Translations under genes and position numbers: made by a program
Virus record (IMG/VR): IMGVR_UViG_3300020047_005985
Location: 1 to 64,000 of that record
Direction: 5' to 3' (one strand)
Origin: a virus
Lineage: Duplodnaviria > Caudoviricetes
DNA length: 64,000 nucleotides
The notes under the pieces: generated by a model
Database searches by the model: none
Told to the model about the DNA's origin: nothing
What the model saw: only the letters and a program-made list of their open reading frames with translations
In this document: positions 59,515-64,000 of the stretch, in pieces
Layout: each line of letters starts with the position of its first letter
How positions within the stretch are numbered: the stretch's first letter is position 1

Positions 59515-62500
59515 TTACTGATATTCAAAGATTAAAAAAAGATCTTATTTATATTGAAGATAGAACTAGATTCTTGGTTAATGTGCCATCTTTACATCCA
59601 GATCATCCTGATTTTCCAGGATTATGGAAAAAGTATTTTCAGTATTGTATTGAAGGTTTATGGGCATATGATAATGGGGGTTGGAGATTTATGCCACCAA
59701 CTTTATTTTATTACGCAAACTTTTTTAAGATTCAACATACAGAAAGTGGTTCTAAAGTCAGAAGATATGTTAAACCTACTATAAGAGATTTAGACTGGTT
59801 AATACATTATTCTTATTTAGAAGCACAAGGTTTTTCTGGTTACAAAAATGATAATTTATATAGTTGTGATATTGCACTTATAAAAGAAAATCTTTATAAG
59901 GAATTAGAGAAATCTAGTAAACCTGAACTTAGACTAAGGTTTAATCACATACATTCTAAAGATGGTAAAAGAAAACAATATATTCCTGCAAGAGAGTATA
60001 TAAAAAGATTACATGAAGAAAATTTAGGTAAACCTTTATATGAAAATCCTGCAAGAAATATTATTATTTTTGGTTCTCGCGGTTGATCACTCTTCTGCCG
60101 CAGTAATTAGTAATAATTATTAAGAAATATGTAAATTGCTGGAAAGCGACATAACTTATTTCACCACAACATAGTTTGAAAAAACAGGTGTGAGGGTTTG
60201 AAAAGAAATAGGTGTTGTAATCAGCAGCCAAGCTCCTTAAACGGAGAAGGTTCAACGACTAGTATTACTTTAAAAAATTAGACTTTAACTTAGTTAAGGC
60301 ATGACAAAAAGCGATAAAAATTTTATAATAGCTTGTGTTCTTGGAGACGGATGTATAAATCAACGAATTGTAAATAATACAGTTCAAGCAAGGTTTATGC
60401 TTCGACACTCGAATAAACAGTTTGACTATTTTCTATGGAAAGTAGAAAAGTTAAAAACTATACTTAGTAGTTCACAAGCTAAAACATTTCAGAAGAAATC
60501 AGATTATTACTATGAGGATGAATCTGGGAGAAGTAAAATTCTTTCAGTAAAGTTTGAAAGAAATCATCCTTATTTTAAAATATTGTACAGATTTATTTAC
60601 CAAAATAAACGAAAAACATTTTCAAGAAAAGTTTTAGATAGACTTGATCCATTAGGTTTAGCAATATGGTATATGGATGATGGTTCTATTTATAATGCAA
60701 AATATAAAAGAAAAGACGGTGTGGAGAATTATAGATCTTGTACAATACGCTTAAATACATATTTAAGTGAAAAAGAAAACGAAGTGATAATTAAGTATTT
60801 TAAAGATGTGTGGAATATTAACTGGTATCAGGAAAAAGAAAAAAAATTCTATAGATTAAGATGCGGTAAAGCAGACGAGATAAATAAATTTTTTACTATC
60901 ATTAAACCGTTTATAATTCCATCAATGTTATATAAAATCAATATTAAAATTGGCCAACAAGTAATACATAAAACATATCCCCTACCAAGTAACGTTGAGG
61001 GTGAAGATATAGTCTAAATTAGGGAGGAAAGAGTTTTTCTGTTGCTGGAATAGCAACACACATATTAAGTTTTGATGGCGCTAAAGAATATACAAAAGAA
61101 TGGGTAGAAAATCCAACAATTGCGTCTATTAGTATAGGTGCAGGTATTACAGATAAATCTTCTGAACTTGTTTCTAAAATTGTAACAGGTTTAAATAGAT
61201 TAGCAGTTGATAAAGATCTGGGAGTATATGGTACTCCTGAGTCTATTGTATATGAGCCTAATCCATTTTATAGATCTTGGGTAGGTGATTACAAACCAGG
61301 AAATAAAAAGAATCCTTACAGATATGAATATCAAATAGAAACTACAAGAGGTTGGGCACCCAAAGGAACTGGCACAGCTTTATATCATGTAAACTATTCT
61401 GATAAAAAACAAGATGGATCACAAGCTGGTGCTGGAGCAAGGGTTTTATTAGATGCATATGAGGAAATTGGTTTAATGCCTAATTTTAGAGATGCTTTGC
61501 TTTCTAACCAAGCTACTGTTTCTGTAGATGGAGAGCAATTTGGAGTTCAAATAGCTATTGGTACATCAGGTAATATTGAATTAGTTCAACAGTCTAAGTT
61601 GGTTTTTGAAAATCCATCTGAATATAATTTCTTAGAGTTTGATAATTTATGGGAACAATCAGATAAAAAAATTGGATTGTTTATTCCTGCTTATCTTACT
61701 GAACTGAGATTTAAAGATGAAAATGGAAATACTGACATTGAAGCAGCTTTACAACATTATGCCGAAAGAAGAATAGAAGCTGCTTCCAAATCAGATCCTG
61801 CTTCTATTTATAATGAGAAGATGAACTATCCGTTAGTTCCATCTGACATGTGGATTTCAAATAAAGGTTCTTATTTTCCTACTATTGAGTTAATGGAAAG
61901 AGAAAAAGAATTAGTTAGAGATCAATTGTTTAAACAATTAGGTCAGCCAACTAGATTAATTTGGGACTCTAAACAGCCTAATGGAGTTAGAGCTGAATAT
62001 GATCCTGAAATAGAACTAATACAAACGTTTCCTTTTGATAGGACAGTAAATAAAATAGATGGTGGTATTTGTATTTACGAGAAGCCTCAATATCTTAGAG
62101 GATCTATTCCTGATGATATGTATATTGCAACGTTTGACCCTTATGTTTCTGAGAATATAGATGAAGGTGCTTCTTTAGGTGTGACTAAAGTTTTTCTAAA
62201 CCCAAAGTATATTTCTGAAGGATTTAATGGAAATTATTTAGTTGCTACATATATAGGTAAACATCCAAATGGTAAAGATGCTTATTATGAAAATCAGGAA
62301 AAACTTCTAGCTTATTATGGTAATCCTTTAAGAGGATTATGGTATGAAGCAAACAGAGGAGATTCTTGTAGAGGTTATTATATGAAGAAAAATAAAATGC
62401 ATTTATTAGCATTAAGACCATCTAAAGAAAAAGGGTCTTCTGCTGTTCAAAGAAAGGTATTGGAATATGGTATAATGGTTGGAAACCAAGTTGATAAAAT

Positions 62501-62825
62501 TCAAATGTGTGATGATACACATGAATGGTTGTTAAAACATACTGTATTTAATGGAAAGCAGTCCAGAGTAGTAGAAATATATCCTTGTTTATTTACTGTA
62601 CAACAACTTATTCAATTTGAATTAAAAGGAAACTATGACGCTGTGTCAGCTTTAATTTTATTTCCTTTAGCTTTAAAGGAAATGGAACATGATATTATAA
62701 AAGAAAGAAGTAAACCTAATAAAAATATACTAGCAGAAATATCTATGAATCCGTTTTTATTTAAGACGGAAGATACTATGCATAGAATAAGAAAATTCAA
62801 TGAGAGAATTGCAAACGAGACTTGA
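59511..62825 (+). CDS. terL: Terminase large subunit split by a group I intron; exons 59511-60083 and 61023-62825, 791 aa spliced
   Basis: The splice GGT|GGA restores Walker A GSRGGGKS; Walker B LLDAYEEIG; coupling motif GTSG; nuclease TFDPY, YEANRG, NYDAVSA. Confidence 0.92.
60084..61022 (+). mobile_element. Group I intron (939 nt) with LAGLIDADG HEG in the P7.1 loop; no evident P9
   Basis: P1 GCGGT/GCCGC; P10 TCTTCT/GGAGGA; P2 TAATTA-GTAA-TAATTA; AATTGCTGGAAA, AATCAGCAGCC, CGACTA, AAGATATAGTC; terminal G. Confidence 0.92.
60301..61017 (+). CDS. Intron-encoded LAGLIDADG homing endonuclease
   Basis: IIACVLGDGCI and LAIWYMDDGS motifs, MLYKI. Confidence 0.92.
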   Translation: MTKSDKNFIIACVLGDGCINQRIVNNTVQARFMLRHSNKQFDYFLWKVEKLKTILSSSQAKTFQKKSDYYYEDESGRSKILSVKFERNHPYFKILYRFIYQNKRKTFSRKVLDRLDPLGLAIWYMDDGSIYNAKYKRKDGVENYRSCTIRLNTYLSEKENEVIIKYFKDVWNINWYQEKEKKFYRLRCGKADEINKFFTIIKPFIIPSMLYKINIKIGQQVIHKTYPLPSNVEGEDIV

Positions 62826-64000
62826 AAATAATAATGACTCTGTGACTAGAGTATTAAGTGGTATTGAAAAAGCTGCTAAGATTATAACTTCTACAATGGG
62901 AGGTTCTGGTAAAAATGTATTAATGTTTGAAAAAAAGAAACTACAGTTTACAAAAGATGGCGTGTCTGTAGCTAAAAAAATACAACTACAAAATTCTGAG
63001 GAAGATGCAGGGGCGCAAATGTTAATTACTGCTGCAAATAAAACTGTAAAGGAATGTGGAGATGGTACAACATTGACTTCTTTATTTGTACAGGAGTTTG
63101 TATCAAGATTATTTGAAGAGTGTACTAAAGCCCCAATCAATGATGTTTTAGATGATTGGGAAAGACAGGTTAATATTGTTGTATCTGAACTTCAAAAAAG
63201 AAGTTCTAAAATAGAAAAACTGGATGATATTTATAATATTGCTTTTACATCATGTAAGAATGATAAACTTGCGAATCTGATATACGAAATATATAGAAAA
63301 GTTGGATTAAAAGCTTCTATTTCAGTTCAAATGTCAAATGATAGTCCTCATACTATGTATGAAGTTACTAAAGGATTAAATTTTGACGGTGGACTGATTC
63401 ATCCTGGATTTGCTAATCAGTTAAATGGAACTTATCAAGCTGAGAAACCAACTATTCTTATATCTGAAGATATTATGAATGATTTTCAGGGTTATGTGGA
63501 AATGATAAATGATTTTCATGAAGCCAAAACTCCATTAGTAATTATTGCTAGAGATTTCTCTGATTCTTTTATCAGGTATTCTCTTACTAATAAAGAATCA
63601 AAAAACCTGGATATTTGTTTGTTAAAACTTCCAGGATGGGGAGCAGCAGTAAAAGAAAACATAAGAGATATGAAATCTTTTATAAAAAAGGATTCTGTAA
63701 ATAAAATTACAGTTACTCCGATTGATTTTACTCTTTATAATAATCCTGAACAAACTAAAATTAAAAAGAGAATTGGACAATTAGAATCTCAACTGGAAGC
63801 AGTAACTGAAGAATATGATGCTATTGACTATCAACGTAGAATTGATAATTTAAATCAGACTTCTGCAATTATATATGTTGGTGGTAGAACTTTAGCTAAT
63901 GCTCAAGAAGAATTTGATAGAATTGAAGATGCTGTTGGTGCTTGTAAAACTGCTTGTAATTCTGGTTACGTAAAAGGTGCAGGTTCTGAATTAGTAGATA
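62800..64000 (+). CDS. groEL: GroEL-like chaperonin (3'-partial; missing from the ORF track)
   Basis: ATG 62800 MRELQTRLE...STMGGSGKNV, FTKDGVSVAK, ECGDGTTLTS, GLNFDGG, IYVGG, DRIEDAVGA, GAGS. Confidence 0.9.
   Translation, partial: MRELQTRLENNNDSVTRVLSGIEKAAKIITSTMGGSGKNVLMFEKKKLQFTKDGVSVAKKIQLQNSEEDAGAQMLITAANKTVKECGDGTTLTSLFVQEFVSRLFEECTKAPINDVLDDWERQVNIVVSELQKRSSKIEKLDDIYNIAFTSCKNDKLANLIYEIYRKVGLKASISVQMSNDSPHTMYEVTKGLNFDGGLIHPGFANQLNGTYQAEKPTILISEDIMNDFQGYVEMINDFHEAKTPLVIIARDFSDSFIRYSLTNKESKNLDICLLKLPGWGAAVKENIRDMKSFIKKDSVNKITVTPIDFTLYNNPEQTKIKKRIGQLESQLEAVTEEYDAIDYQRRIDNLNQTSAIIYVGGRTLANAQEEFDRIEDAVGACKTACNSGYVKGAGSELVD

Noticed and set aside
60081-61025. Translational bypassing (GGT-TGA ... 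GGA)
   Set aside because: The gap is 939 nt and contains a complete group I catalytic core with P1/P10, so splicing explains it
61476-62825. Stand-alone 449-aa gene
   Set aside because: It is the distal part of terL exon 2, whose frame is open from 61023
62757-63140. Minus-strand 127-aa ORF, and other short antisense ORFs in the track such as 2342-2530, 9794-10033 and 26637-26879
   Set aside because: Shadows of well-supported genes on the opposite strand
1-64000. Stop-codon reassignment as in some crAss-like phages
   Set aside because: Long genes are intact in the standard code, apparent breaks are explained by introns, and no clear suppressor tRNA was found
1-64000. CRISPR array, reverse transcriptase/DGR, integrase, inteins
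   Set aside because: No regularly spaced repeats or diagnostic motifs seen

Overview
AT-rich (standard genetic code) segment of a crAss-like (Crassvirales-type) bacteriophage genome, probably infecting Bacteroidota (TAnnTTTG promoter boxes). 1-5.3 kb (+): end of the virion cargo/ejection-protein operon and a secreted thermonuclease, closed by a bidirectional terminator. 5.4-54.6 kb (-): a long early/middle block with PolB, primase, DnaB-like and SF2 helicases, AAA ATPase, DNA ligase, RNA ligase, an atypical UDG, a WGR-PARP, many small hypotheticals and a tRNA array (39-47.7 kb). 55-64 kb (+): late block with HU/IHF-like, GroES-like, TerL and a GroEL running off the window. Three group I introns carrying homing endonucleases split the AAA ATPase, the SF2 helicase and TerL; I resolved all three splice junctions by hand. 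Most unusual observations: (i) a circularly permuted tRNA-like RNA with a hexamer-repeat leader, directly behind an uncharacterised 251-aa gene; (ii) a near-complete tRNA nested in the anticodon loop of another tRNA; (iii) a TerL intron that appears to lack the P9 domain; (iv) a PARP3-like enzyme in a ligase/kinase/phosphoesterase/macro-like cluster. All structures and family calls come from reading the sequence by eye; no searches were run.
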